A stretch of DNA of 64,000 nt, taken from NCBI GenBank assembly GCA_963765675.1, contig CAVXXK010000001.1, forward strand, positions 2,144,001 through 2,208,000, in the 5' to 3' direction. Positions 28,123 to 37,011 of the stretch are shown piece by piece (position 1 is the stretch's first letter; the number at the start of each line of letters is the position of its first letter). This DNA is from an uncultured delta proteobacterium. Lineage in GTDB: Bacteria; Desulfobacterota; Binatia; Binatales; Binataceae. A program made the translations under genes and the position numbers. The notes under the pieces are model-generated. The model did no database searches and was not told the origin of the DNA. It saw only the letters and a list, made by a program, of their open reading frames with translations.

Positions 28123-29511
28123 GTGGCGGCAGGAGCCAAGCGTACGAACAAACAGCCGCGCCTGGTCGCGATCGGAGGCGGCACTGGCGCGCGCGAGTTG
28201 CCGCTGGTCAGACGCAAGACCACCATCGGCAGCGCGATCGGCAACTATTTCGTACTGGCCGAAAAGACCGTCTCACGCCGTCACGCGGTAATTCGCCGCC
28301 GGCTCCGCGGCTACGATCTGATCGATCTCGAATCGACCAACGGCACGTACCTCAACGGCAAGCGCGTGACGAACCCCACGAGGCTCAAGCGCGGCGACGA
28401 GATCGGTTTCGGTCAGGCGCGCTACGTTTTCATGCCCGGTCCGGCCGCGCGCGGACCGGGCCTGCGCGTCGCGATTCCGCTGATGCTCCTGCTTTTTCTT
28501 GCCGCCTTTTCGCTGACCCGCAGGTGGCTTCAGCGCGAAGCTCGCGAGATGCTGGTCGAATCGCCCGCGGCGAAAGAATCCGTCGCGCCCGCGGCAAGCG
28601 CTACGCTCGCGTCATCGGGATTGTCTTCGGAATCGTTACCGACTTCCATCCCGACGCCGTCGGGTCCGCAACCTGAATGGCTCAAGCGGCTCAACGCGTA
28701 TCGCGCGATGGCCAAAGTCGCGCCGGTTGCGGAAGATCCGACGCTCAGCGCGGGCGACAGCGCGCATGTAAAGTACCTGGTCGAAAATCTTGGTCCGGCG
28801 CTGCGCGCGGGCGCTAATCCGGGAATCGATTCGCATCTCGAAAGCGCGGACAAACCCGGCTACTCGGCGGTGGGAGCGCGCGCCGGCGAATCCAGCGACG
28901 TCGATTTCATCGCGTTCGGCGGCATGAAGGTCAAAGATCCCGCAGGATGGGCGCTGGTCGATTGGATAAGCGGCGCGTTTCATCGCCTGCCGCTCTTGAG
29001 TCCGCGTCTGCGCCGCGTCGGCTTCAATCAAGTATGCGATAGGGGGCTGTGCGTCGCCGCGCTCGACGCACAAAGCGGCGTCGCGCCGAGCGCGCCGGGG
29101 ACAGCCTACGCGGCGCCGATCGAGTTCCCCGCCGATGGCGCGACAATCAATCTGCGGACCTTCACCAACGAATGGCCCGATCCTCTGAGCGCGTGCGCTG
29201 GCTACAAAGCACCGACCGGGCTGCCGATCACGCTCGCGACCGGATACCAGATCCGCACCAGCCTCGACGCGTATTCCTTCGAGCGAATCTCCTCTGACGG
29301 CGCCGCATCGAAGCTCGACGCCTGCGGCTTCGACTCCTCGACTTACACCAACCTCGACCCAACCACGCAGAAAACCGCCCGCGAAGTCCTGCTCGCTCAC
29401 GGCACGGTAGTGGTAATCCCGCAAGTCCCCCTGACAGCGGGCGCAACCTATCGCGTATCAATCACCGCAAGCGGCACGCAGTATCGATGGACATTTTCTG
29501 TCGCGAGATGA
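28123..29511 (+). CDS. FHA-TM-CAP-Ig-like membrane protein, paralogue 1
   Basis: FHA (VSRRHA, DLESTNGTYLNG, LKRGDEIGFG), one TM, CAP-like (LNAYRA, AH..YL, W....FHR..LL.P) and a beta-rich C-terminal domain. Confidence 0.85.
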   Translation: MAAGAKRTNKQPRLVAIGGGTGARELPLVRRKTTIGSAIGNYFVLAEKTVSRRHAVIRRRLRGYDLIDLESTNGTYLNGKRVTNPTRLKRGDEIGFGQARYVFMPGPAARGPGLRVAIPLMLLLFLAAFSLTRRWLQREAREMLVESPAAKESVAPAASATLASSGLSSESLPTSIPTPSGPQPEWLKRLNAYRAMAKVAPVAEDPTLSAGDSAHVKYLVENLGPALRAGANPGIDSHLESADKPGYSAVGARAGESSDVDFIAFGGMKVKDPAGWALVDWISGAFHRLPLLSPRLRRVGFNQVCDRGLCVAALDAQSGVAPSAPGTAYAAPIEFPADGATINLRTFTNEWPDPLSACAGYKAPTGLPITLATGYQIRTSLDAYSFERISSDGAASKLDACGFDSSTYTNLDPTTQKTAREVLLAHGTVVVIPQVPLTAGATYRVSITASGTQYRWTFSVAR

Positions 29512-29534
29512 ATATCCGACAGCCTAGAGGATTA

Positions 29535-31169
29535 ATGGCAAAGGGGGAACGAATAGAGCCAGCGCGCCGAGCGAGACTCGTCGCGGTCGGTTCTCGGCGA
29601 GCGCGTGAGTATCCGCTCGATGCGCCAGTCGTCAGCATTGGGAGCGCTACGACCAATTCGATCGTGCTCGAAGGGCCGCAGGTTGCCGGGCATCATGCCG
29701 AAATTCGCACGCCGCGTGGCAAAAGTATTGTTCGTGATCTTGGTTCCCCATCCGGCACGCTGCTCAACGGTGACCGCGTCAACACGCCCGTCCAGCTTGA
29801 GGACGGCGACGAAATTCAGATCGGTGCGCATCGCCTTCGATTCGAGGAAGGTGCTCCGCGGCGTGGCCGAACGAGGGTACGAGCGATCGCACTGGCCCTC
29901 GGTCTTGTTGCTGCAGGGTTTGCTACGTACGTATTCGTCTCGAATTGGACGATGATCGAGCAGGCGTCCGATTATGTTGAGCGACCAACGCCAACTCCGC
30001 TGTCGATCGCACTTTACGCAGCACCAACGGCGACGCCCGTTCCGACCACTACACGCACGAGCACTCCCTCGCCCGCTGCTTCCACCTCGCGCAGCGCGAT
30101 GGCTTCGCCAGGTGTGACAGTGTCGCCGGTACCCTTAGGCGTTTCCGCCAGTCGAACAACGCCACACGCGCGCCGCACACCTGCGTCCGAGCGACGGGCT
30201 TCGTCCAAAGCGGTTTTGGTTACGCGTTCCGCGCCTTCTGCGGAGCCTCCGAACGAGTCGGCGGAAAACCTATCGTCAACTATCGCGGCAGCGCGGCCGA
30301 AGCCGGTTTCTATTCACCCTACCGCAGCTCCCGGCTGGCTCGGAGCATTGAACGCCTATCGCGCCATGGTGCATCTCGATCCTGTGATAGCCGATCCCAA
30401 GCTGGGAGCCGGCGATTTAGCACACGCGAAATATTTGGTCAGGAGTTTTGGCGCACAAATCGCGAAGGGTAAGAGCCCCGGCGCAGAAATGCACAACGAA
30501 AATCCAGCCAGTCCGTATTATACCGCGGAAGGGCTCGAGGCGGCTCACCAGGGCGATGTCGATAGCGTGATCGAATATCCAGGTCATCGCATCCTGCCGT
30601 CGTGGGCCATCGATTCGTGGATGGCTGGGCCGTTCCACCGCGCCAATATCTTGAATCCGGACCTGCAACGGGTGGGATACGGCGAGAGCTGTGAGCGGAA
30701 CGTCTGCGTATCAGTGCTCAATACAATTGGGGGAATCGATCCTATTCCGCCGTCGGGGACAATCTATGGCCAGCCCGTTGAGTTCCCGGCGCCCGCGTCG
30801 ACCACCAACCTAGATGCCCTGATCGGCGAATGGCCCAGCCCGCTTTCGGTGTGTCCGGGCTATTCGTTTCCTGCAGGGAGTCCCATCACCGTGCAGATTG
30901 GCTACTACGCCGACGCGAGGCTTGGAGGCTACTCGCTCGTCATAACGAGCGGGCACTCGGCCGGAGCTGCCCAGGACGTTTGCGGATTCGATGCGGTCAG
31001 CTACACAAATCCTGAACGCACGGAGCAGGATCTTGTGCGCTCGATACTCCACGGATTCGGTGAGGTCGTGATTGTGCCGCGAAGGCCGCTGCAACGCGCG
31101 ACGAGTTATCGGGTAACGATCACGATCAACGGCAAGCGCTACACTTGGTCGTTCTCTACCGCGCCCTAA
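29535..31169 (+). CDS. FHA-TM-CAP-Ig-like membrane protein, paralogue 2
   Basis: Same domain order; FHA (HHA, DLGSPSGTLLNG, LEDGDEIQIG), long P/T/S linker and WMAGPFHRANILNP. Confidence 0.85.
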   Translation: MAKGERIEPARRARLVAVGSRRAREYPLDAPVVSIGSATTNSIVLEGPQVAGHHAEIRTPRGKSIVRDLGSPSGTLLNGDRVNTPVQLEDGDEIQIGAHRLRFEEGAPRRGRTRVRAIALALGLVAAGFATYVFVSNWTMIEQASDYVERPTPTPLSIALYAAPTATPVPTTTRTSTPSPAASTSRSAMASPGVTVSPVPLGVSASRTTPHARRTPASERRASSKAVLVTRSAPSAEPPNESAENLSSTIAAARPKPVSIHPTAAPGWLGALNAYRAMVHLDPVIADPKLGAGDLAHAKYLVRSFGAQIAKGKSPGAEMHNENPASPYYTAEGLEAAHQGDVDSVIEYPGHRILPSWAIDSWMAGPFHRANILNPDLQRVGYGESCERNVCVSVLNTIGGIDPIPPSGTIYGQPVEFPAPASTTNLDALIGEWPSPLSVCPGYSFPAGSPITVQIGYYADARLGGYSLVITSGHSAGAAQDVCGFDAVSYTNPERTEQDLVRSILHGFGEVVIVPRRPLQRATSYRVTITINGKRYTWSFSTAP

Positions 31170-31188
31170 CATCTGCGATGCACGATCG

Positions 31189-31263
31189 CGGGCGGCTCGC
31201 GAGCGGCCCCTACGAAGAGTCAAACAGGGGCAATGCTCGTAGGGGCGCGTCGGGACGCGCCCG
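31189..31263. repeat. inverted GTAG REP doublet
   Basis: CGGGCGGCTCGCGAGCGGCCCCTAC ... GTAGGGGCGCGTCGGGACGCGCCCG between convergent genes. Confidence 0.8.
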
Positions 31264-31299
31264 TTTGCGCATGCCACTCAGCTTCGCGTGCGGCCGCGA

Positions 31300-32538
31300 T
31301 CAGAAATCGAGCGCGATTACTGTTGCGATTGGATCGAGCAGGTGCTCGGGGACGTCGATTATCAATTCGCCTACCGGGTCTTTGTTGAATACCGCGTCCA
31401 TCGCGGCTATTCGGCGATGAAGCTTGAGCTTCTCCGTAGAGCCTAGCACTGTCGCGCTCGTCACCTGCCTGACGTGCAGCCCGCGCACCGAGACTGCCTC
31501 GTACGGGCGCATCACGCAGTGCAGGTAGACGCGACTGCCGCGCCGCGTCGAGGGTCCGTAGAACTGCCACGGCTCGAGGCCCGGCGTCGTCCCCGCGATA
31601 CTCTCGCCGTTGCGCTCGTTCCATCGGGCGAAGGCTTCGAGCCGCTCGACATGCTCGGGCGGCAGCGTGCCGTCGCCGGTCGGGCTGACGTTGAGCAGAA
31701 GATTTCCGCCTTTGCCCGCGACCTCTTCGAGCGTGTGGACGAGATTGCGCGCCGATTTGTAATGGCGATCGCCCGGGTTGTAGCCCCAGCTATTGTTCAT
31801 CGTCATGCAGGTTTCCCACGCGCGCGCGGGTGCTGCGGCGGGAACGGCTTGCTCTGGAGAGTCGTAGTCGCCGCATCCGGGCAGGCGATCGTTGATGACG
31901 ATTTCCGGCTGCAGCTCGCGGATCATCTTTTCGAGCTCGCGCGCTTTCCATTCCTCGGGCGAGCGCTCCCATCCGCCGTCGAACCACAGCAGATCGATCT
32001 TGCCGTAGTTCGTCAGCAACTCGCGTACCTGCGCGAACATCACGCCGATAAACCGCTCCCACTGCTCCGGCGTGCCGCGGCGCCATTCGCCCCACTTGTA
32101 GGGCTTGTCGGCCTCGGTGAAGGCCGGGTAGTCGGGATGATGCCAATCGATCAGCGAGAAGTAGAAGCCGACGCGCAGGCCCTCGGCGCGAAACGCGTCG
32201 GAGTATTCGCGCACGATATCGCGTTTGAACGGCGTATGCGCGACGCCGTAATCCGAGGTCGCGGTATGGAACATCGCGAAGCCGTCATGATGCTTGGTCG
32301 TCAGGACGCCGTAGGTCATCCCGGCGCGTTTGGCGAGCCGCGCGATCGCACGCGCGTCGAATTTCGTGGGATTAAACGTCGCCGCGGCTGAATGATATTC
32401 GTCCACCGCGACGACCTGAGCGTTGGGCAGCGAGTTGATGCTGCCGACCAGCGGCCACGACAGTTCCCATCCGCGTTGTGACGAGGGCGCCCAATGAATG
32501 AACATCCCGAAGCGAGCGGTATCGAACCATTTTTGCAT
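31300..32538 (-). CDS. alpha-L-fucosidase (GH29)
   Basis: WFDTARFGMFIHW, TTKHHDGF, YFSLIDW, LWFDG, INDR, WETCMT..SWGY and GNLLLNV. Confidence 0.93.
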   Translation of the reverse strand: MQKWFDTARFGMFIHWAPSSQRGWELSWPLVGSINSLPNAQVVAVDEYHSAAATFNPTKFDARAIARLAKRAGMTYGVLTTKHHDGFAMFHTATSDYGVAHTPFKRDIVREYSDAFRAEGLRVGFYFSLIDWHHPDYPAFTEADKPYKWGEWRRGTPEQWERFIGVMFAQVRELLTNYGKIDLLWFDGGWERSPEEWKARELEKMIRELQPEIVINDRLPGCGDYDSPEQAVPAAAPARAWETCMTMNNSWGYNPGDRHYKSARNLVHTLEEVAGKGGNLLLNVSPTGDGTLPPEHVERLEAFARWNERNGESIAGTTPGLEPWQFYGPSTRRGSRVYLHCVMRPYEAVSVRGLHVRQVTSATVLGSTEKLKLHRRIAAMDAVFNKDPVGELIIDVPEHLLDPIATVIALDF

Positions 32539-32660
32539 GACGCTGCGGATTGTGCCGTTCCTCGGGAGCGATGTCCATCGCGCGATTTTGCGCTAAGCAC
32601 CCTATCAAGAAAGTCACTGCGCGTCTGGCGCGATACGCGAAATGAACCTGGCTGCGGAGA

Positions 32661-32919
32661 AGCCCAAGAAAGACGGACCTAACCCCCGACCCCTTCCCGC
32701 ACGGGAAGGGGAGTCAGAAACCTAGCCTCGATGACAACCTGGCACGCGCAGCGTCGCTAGCGGCGCCGGGAATTTGCCAGTTCACTCCAACCCTTGCGAC
32801 CAGTGTGCCCCTTCCCGTGCGGGAAGGGGACAGGGGTTAGGTCGATTGCCTGAGAAGCGCCACCCCAGGGCATCTTATTTTCATCCATCAAGGTGCGCGC
32901 AGCCCATCCCGACTCACCC
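32661..32919. repeat. inverted copy of the 13882-14141 repeat unit
   Basis: CCTAACCCCCGACCCCTTCCCGCACGGGAAGGGG ... CCCCTTCCCGTGCGGGAAGGGGACAGGGGTTAGG. Confidence 0.85.
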
Positions 32920-32974
32920 GCGCGCCACGGCGATTGCAAAAAGGAGCAATCGCCGCGCCGCTCGACCGCCTCTG

Positions 32975-33055
32975 GATACCCTCGCCCTCCGGGAGAGGGC
33001 GACGCGGCGCGATGCTTGCGTTTGTCTCGCAAGCATCGTGACGCGTGGGTGAGGG
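32975..33055. repeat. CCCTC..GGGAGAGGG..GGGTGAGGG palindromic repeat; copy at 48356-48436
   Basis: Aligns end to end with 48356-48436, including the GCTTGCG..CGCAAGC inner hairpin. Confidence 0.8.
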
Positions 33056-33185
33056 CGGCTCGCGCATGATGGTCCGCCTGGTCTACCTAAACCGTCCGCT
33101 TTGAGGATCGGCGCATCCTCGTGGTATGCAATCGATCAGGTGCCGGCCGCGTACGGCGACCGCACCTCTGAGGAGGCGACGCGCG

Positions 33186-34475
33186 ATGAAGATCTCGATG
33201 TTCCATCTGATGCCCTACCGCGATCTGCCCGCGGATTTCGAGCAGCATTACAATTCGGTCTGGGTCGATCCGCCGTACTGGGAACTCGCCGACTCGAACA
33301 AGGTCGGCCAGTACTACAACTGGACGCTCGACGAGCTGATCCACGCCGCCAATAACGGCATCGACGGAATTTGCGTGAACGAGCATCACCAGAACGCCTA
33401 CGGATTCATGCCGAATCCCGATCTGATGGGCTCGATCCTGGCGCGCGCGACCAACGGCACCGACGTCGCGATCGTGCAGATGGGCTCGACGCTGCCGACC
33501 TCGAATCCGCCGATTCGCGTCGCCGAGGAATACTCGATGATCGATTGTATCTCGGGCGGGCGGATGGTCGCCGGGATGCCGCTGGGAACCTCGCAGGACG
33601 TGAATCTCTGCTACGGGATCTCGCCGATCGAGCAGCGCGAGCGCTACTACGAGGCGCACGATCTGATCATCAAGGCGTGGACGGCGAAGGAAATCTTTCC
33701 GTGGAACGGCAAGTATTTCAAACTCCCGATGGTCAATATCTGGCCGCGTCCGATTCAGAAGCCGCATCCTCCCGTATGGATTCCCGGCAGCGGCAGTCTT
33801 TCGACCTGGGATTTCTCCGCGCGCAACGACCATTGCTACTGCTTCCTCAGCTATTGGGGAAATAATTTCGGCAAACGCGTGATGGACGGATGGTGGGATT
33901 TCGTCGCCAAGGGCAATCACGATCCGAATCCGTACCGCGCCGGATTTCTGCAGCTCGTCGCCGTCTCCGAAACCGATGCGAGCGCTGAAAAAGATTACTA
34001 CAAGCACATCAGGTATTTTTACGATAAATGCCTGCATATCCAGCCCGAGTATTTCCCTGTCGCCGGCAACCAGGATTACAAGAGCCTCGTGAACTCGGTC
34101 ACCAAGCTAAATCCGCAAATGTTCGATCTGATGGCGAAGATTCCGACCTGGAAGTACAAGGACTTTATCGACAACCAGTTCGTCATCGCGGGCTCGCCCA
34201 AGACCGTCACGCAGCAGTTGATGGAGGCGGTCAAGAAGCTGCGCGTCGGCAACCTGATGGTGCTTTTGCATATCGGCTCGATGCCGCATGAGCTGACGAT
34301 GAAAAATGTCGAGCTGTTCTGCAAAGAGGTGCTGCCCAATTTCCGCGATGTCTGGGATAACGAGTGGGAAAATAAATGGTGGCCGGAAAAGTTGCGCGGC
34401 GCGCGCGGCACCAACGCGATTGCGAAAGGCGGCAACGGAAAATCAGGCGGCAAGCCGAAGCACGCGCACGCCTGA
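33186..34475 (+). CDS. LLM-class flavin-dependent monooxygenase
   Basis: GGAGG SD; NEHHQ, PNP, RVAEE..IDCISGGR, WPRP.QKPHPPVW and GSP.TV. Confidence 0.9.
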   Translation: MKISMFHLMPYRDLPADFEQHYNSVWVDPPYWELADSNKVGQYYNWTLDELIHAANNGIDGICVNEHHQNAYGFMPNPDLMGSILARATNGTDVAIVQMGSTLPTSNPPIRVAEEYSMIDCISGGRMVAGMPLGTSQDVNLCYGISPIEQRERYYEAHDLIIKAWTAKEIFPWNGKYFKLPMVNIWPRPIQKPHPPVWIPGSGSLSTWDFSARNDHCYCFLSYWGNNFGKRVMDGWWDFVAKGNHDPNPYRAGFLQLVAVSETDASAEKDYYKHIRYFYDKCLHIQPEYFPVAGNQDYKSLVNSVTKLNPQMFDLMAKIPTWKYKDFIDNQFVIAGSPKTVTQQLMEAVKKLRVGNLMVLLHIGSMPHELTMKNVELFCKEVLPNFRDVWDNEWENKWWPEKLRGARGTNAIAKGGNGKSGGKPKHAHA

Positions 34476-34505
34476 GCGAATCAGGGAAAGACGAGACAGG
34501 TTGAT

Positions 34506-35282
34506 ATGGCCACCGAAAAAAGCATCAGCGTCTGGGGCGACAGAGTTCATCCCAAGGTAAAAATTTCCGGCACCGGATCGCCCGTCGTCTATCTGCACGG
34601 CGGCTATGGACCGATCGACACCGAATTAATCGAGGAGCTGGGGAAGCATCACACCGTCTATGCGCCCGAGCATCCGGGGCTTACCGCCGGCGACGAAGAC
34701 GCGATCAAGGCACTCGACGATTTCTGGGATCTGGTCCTCTATTACTATGACCTGTTCGACAAGCTCGGGCTCAAGTCGCCCGCGGTGGTCGGGCATTCGT
34801 TCGGTGCGATGGTGGCGGCCGAGGTCGCGGCGACCGATCCTACTCGCGTGAGCAAGCTGGTGCTGATAAACGCGCTCGGCCTGTGGCGCGACGCGTATCC
34901 GGTCGCGAACTATGTGATCACGGCGCAGACAAAATTGCCCGAGCTCCTGTTTCGCGATCCGCATCATCCCGCGCTCAAGCGAATCGTGCTCAATCCCGAG
35001 GATCAGCAGGGCTTCATCCGAATCACCTGGTCGCTCGGATGCACCAGCAAATTCTACTGGCCGATCCCCGACAAGGGTCTGAAGAAACGGCTGCATCGGA
35101 TTACCGCGCCGACCCTGATTCTGTGGGGCAAGGAAGACAAGGTCGTCGCGCCGATCTACGCCGAGGACTTCCGCAAAGCGATTCACGACGCCAAGGTGGA
35201 ATTGATCGCGGGCGGCGCCCACATGATGACCGTCGAAGACCCCGGCAAAGTAGCCGCCGCCGTCACGAAGTTTTTGAAGTAG
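34506..35282 (+). CDS. alpha/beta-fold hydrolase
   Basis: LHGG, GHSFG, ILWGKED and GAH catalytic motifs. Confidence 0.9.
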   Translation: MATEKSISVWGDRVHPKVKISGTGSPVVYLHGGYGPIDTELIEELGKHHTVYAPEHPGLTAGDEDAIKALDDFWDLVLYYYDLFDKLGLKSPAVVGHSFGAMVAAEVAATDPTRVSKLVLINALGLWRDAYPVANYVITAQTKLPELLFRDPHHPALKRIVLNPEDQQGFIRITWSLGCTSKFYWPIPDKGLKKRLHRITAPTLILWGKEDKVVAPIYAEDFRKAIHDAKVELIAGGAHMMTVEDPGKVAAAVTKFLK

Positions 35283-35319
35283 TGAGCGAAGGAAATCCGA
35301 GGCCCTACGCATTGAAAAG

Positions 35320-35411
35320 CGGGCCGACGAGCCGTCGGCCGCCACTGACGGGAAGAAGCAATTGACTGACGGAAATAATATGCCAGTGGGGGCGGACGGC
35401 TCGTCCGCCCG
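35320..35411. repeat. inverted GTGG-headed REP doublet
   Basis: CGGGCCGACGAGCCGTCGGCCGCCAC ... GTGGGGGCGGACGGCTCGTCCGCCCG. Confidence 0.7.
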
Positions 35412-35535
35412 TCCATCGAGGAGGCGCGGAGAGCGCTAAGCCGGCCGGACTTATCCAGCCACGCGCTTGCGCGCACGCGCGGGGTCGAATACTCAAAGGA
35501 AATTGCGTGCAACGATGACGATCGGAGACGTAAGA

Positions 35536-36093
35536 GTGAAACTTAAGAAACTATCCTGCCTTGCCGCCTTCGCCGCGATACTAATCGTCGCCTCGGCCTG
35601 CAACGGCTCAACGGACGGACTACCATTGAGAAACACCGGACATTACGCAATCGTGACCACCGAACACGGGACTTTCGTGATCGAACTTTATCCGAAGGTC
35701 GCGCCGAAAACGGTCGAGAACTTCGAAACCCTGGTCAAAAAGGGTTTCTACAACGGGCTGACGTTTCATCGCGTCGTGCCTGACTTCGTCGTCCAGGGCG
35801 GCGACCCCGACGGCACCGGCACCGGCGGCCCCGGCTACACCGTTCCCGCCGAGATCGACAAGAATGAGCATCACCTGCGCGGCACCGTCGCGACCGCCCG
35901 CACCGGCGACCAGGTGAATCCGACGCGCGCGTCGTCGGGCAGCCAGTTCTACATCTGCCTCAAGCCGCAGCCCGGCCTCGACGGCGACTACACGATTTTC
36001 GGCGGCGTGGTTAAGGGGATGGACGTGGTCGATCAGATTCAGAAGGGCGACCATATGAAGACGATCACGCTATCGAGCGAGCCGCCAAAGTAA
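35536..36093 (+). CDS. ppiA: cyclophilin-type peptidyl-prolyl isomerase, lipoprotein
   Basis: Lipobox ASAC; APKTVENF, FHRVV..F..QGGDP and GSQFYI. Confidence 0.92.
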   Translation: MKLKKLSCLAAFAAILIVASACNGSTDGLPLRNTGHYAIVTTEHGTFVIELYPKVAPKTVENFETLVKKGFYNGLTFHRVVPDFVVQGGDPDGTGTGGPGYTVPAEIDKNEHHLRGTVATARTGDQVNPTRASSGSQFYICLKPQPGLDGDYTIFGGVVKGMDVVDQIQKGDHMKTITLSSEPPK

Positions 36094-36109
36094 GCGCGCG
36101 AACTTCGCG

Positions 36110-36835
36110 ATGGCGGCTAACGCAAGCGGGCACCCAAACGGGCCCTACTTCAGCGTCGATCTGCACCTCCACACCAACCGCGGCAGCTCGGACTCGAACC
36201 TCGCGCTGACCGACCTGGTCGATCGCGCGCGCAAGACCGGAATCGGCGCGGTCTGTATCACCGAGCACGATACGATGTGGGATCTGCGCGAGGTTCCCGC
36301 GCTCGGGCGCGATTCCGGCCTGCTGTTCCTGCGCGGGATGGAAGTCACCACCGACATGGGGCATATCGGGGTCTTCGGCCTCGACCACTATATCGGCGGA
36401 ATCTACAAGCTCGCCGAGTTGCGCAAGGTTGCCGATCAGAATGGCGCGCTGCTGGTTGCGAATCATCCGTTCCGTTACAAGCTCGACCCGCGCTTTTCAT
36501 TTATCAATCCCGATCATGAACCGATCGACGCGGGATATCCGGATCGGGCGGCGAAGCTCAAGATTTTCGAGCTGGTCGATGCGATCGAAGTCCTGAACGG
36601 CGCCTGCTCGGAAGACGAAAACGTCTTCGCGCTCCGCGTCGCGCGCCATCTGGGGATGCCCGAGGTCGCGGGCTCGGATTCTCATTCGATGAATTCAGTC
36701 GGATGCGTGACGACGCTGCTCGACGCTCCGGTCGCCGACGAGCGCGAGCTGATCGAGTCGATCAAATCGCGCCGATGCCGCGCCGGCCGCGGCCTGTTGC
36801 AGCACGCCCTGGCCGAGTTCGACCTGCCCGCGTGA
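36110..36835 (+). CDS. PHP-domain metallo-phosphoesterase
   Basis: DLHLHT, ITEHD, GMEV, NHPF, IEVLNG and GSDSH. Confidence 0.9.
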   Translation: MAANASGHPNGPYFSVDLHLHTNRGSSDSNLALTDLVDRARKTGIGAVCITEHDTMWDLREVPALGRDSGLLFLRGMEVTTDMGHIGVFGLDHYIGGIYKLAELRKVADQNGALLVANHPFRYKLDPRFSFINPDHEPIDAGYPDRAAKLKIFELVDAIEVLNGACSEDENVFALRVARHLGMPEVAGSDSHSMNSVGCVTTLLDAPVADERELIESIKSRRCRAGRGLLQHALAEFDLPA

Positions 36836-36849
36836 GAAGAAAGGCAACC

Positions 36850-36935
36850 GGCCACTAAGACACGAAGACACGAAGAAGAAACTTTTTCCTGGAAAGAGAC
36901 CCGTTTCTTCTTAGTGTCTTTGTGTCTTAGTGGCC
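36850..36935. repeat. CACNAAGA 9-mer hairpin repeat, copy 2
   Basis: GGCCACTAAGACACGAAGACACGAAG ... CTTAGTGTCTTTGTGTCTTAGTGGCC. Confidence 0.85.
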
Positions 36936-37011
36936 CTCTGGATTCTCTTCCGCGATTGTTTGCGCTTTCAGTGGTACGATACAATTCGCGGGCTGACACG
37001 CGGCATCATTG

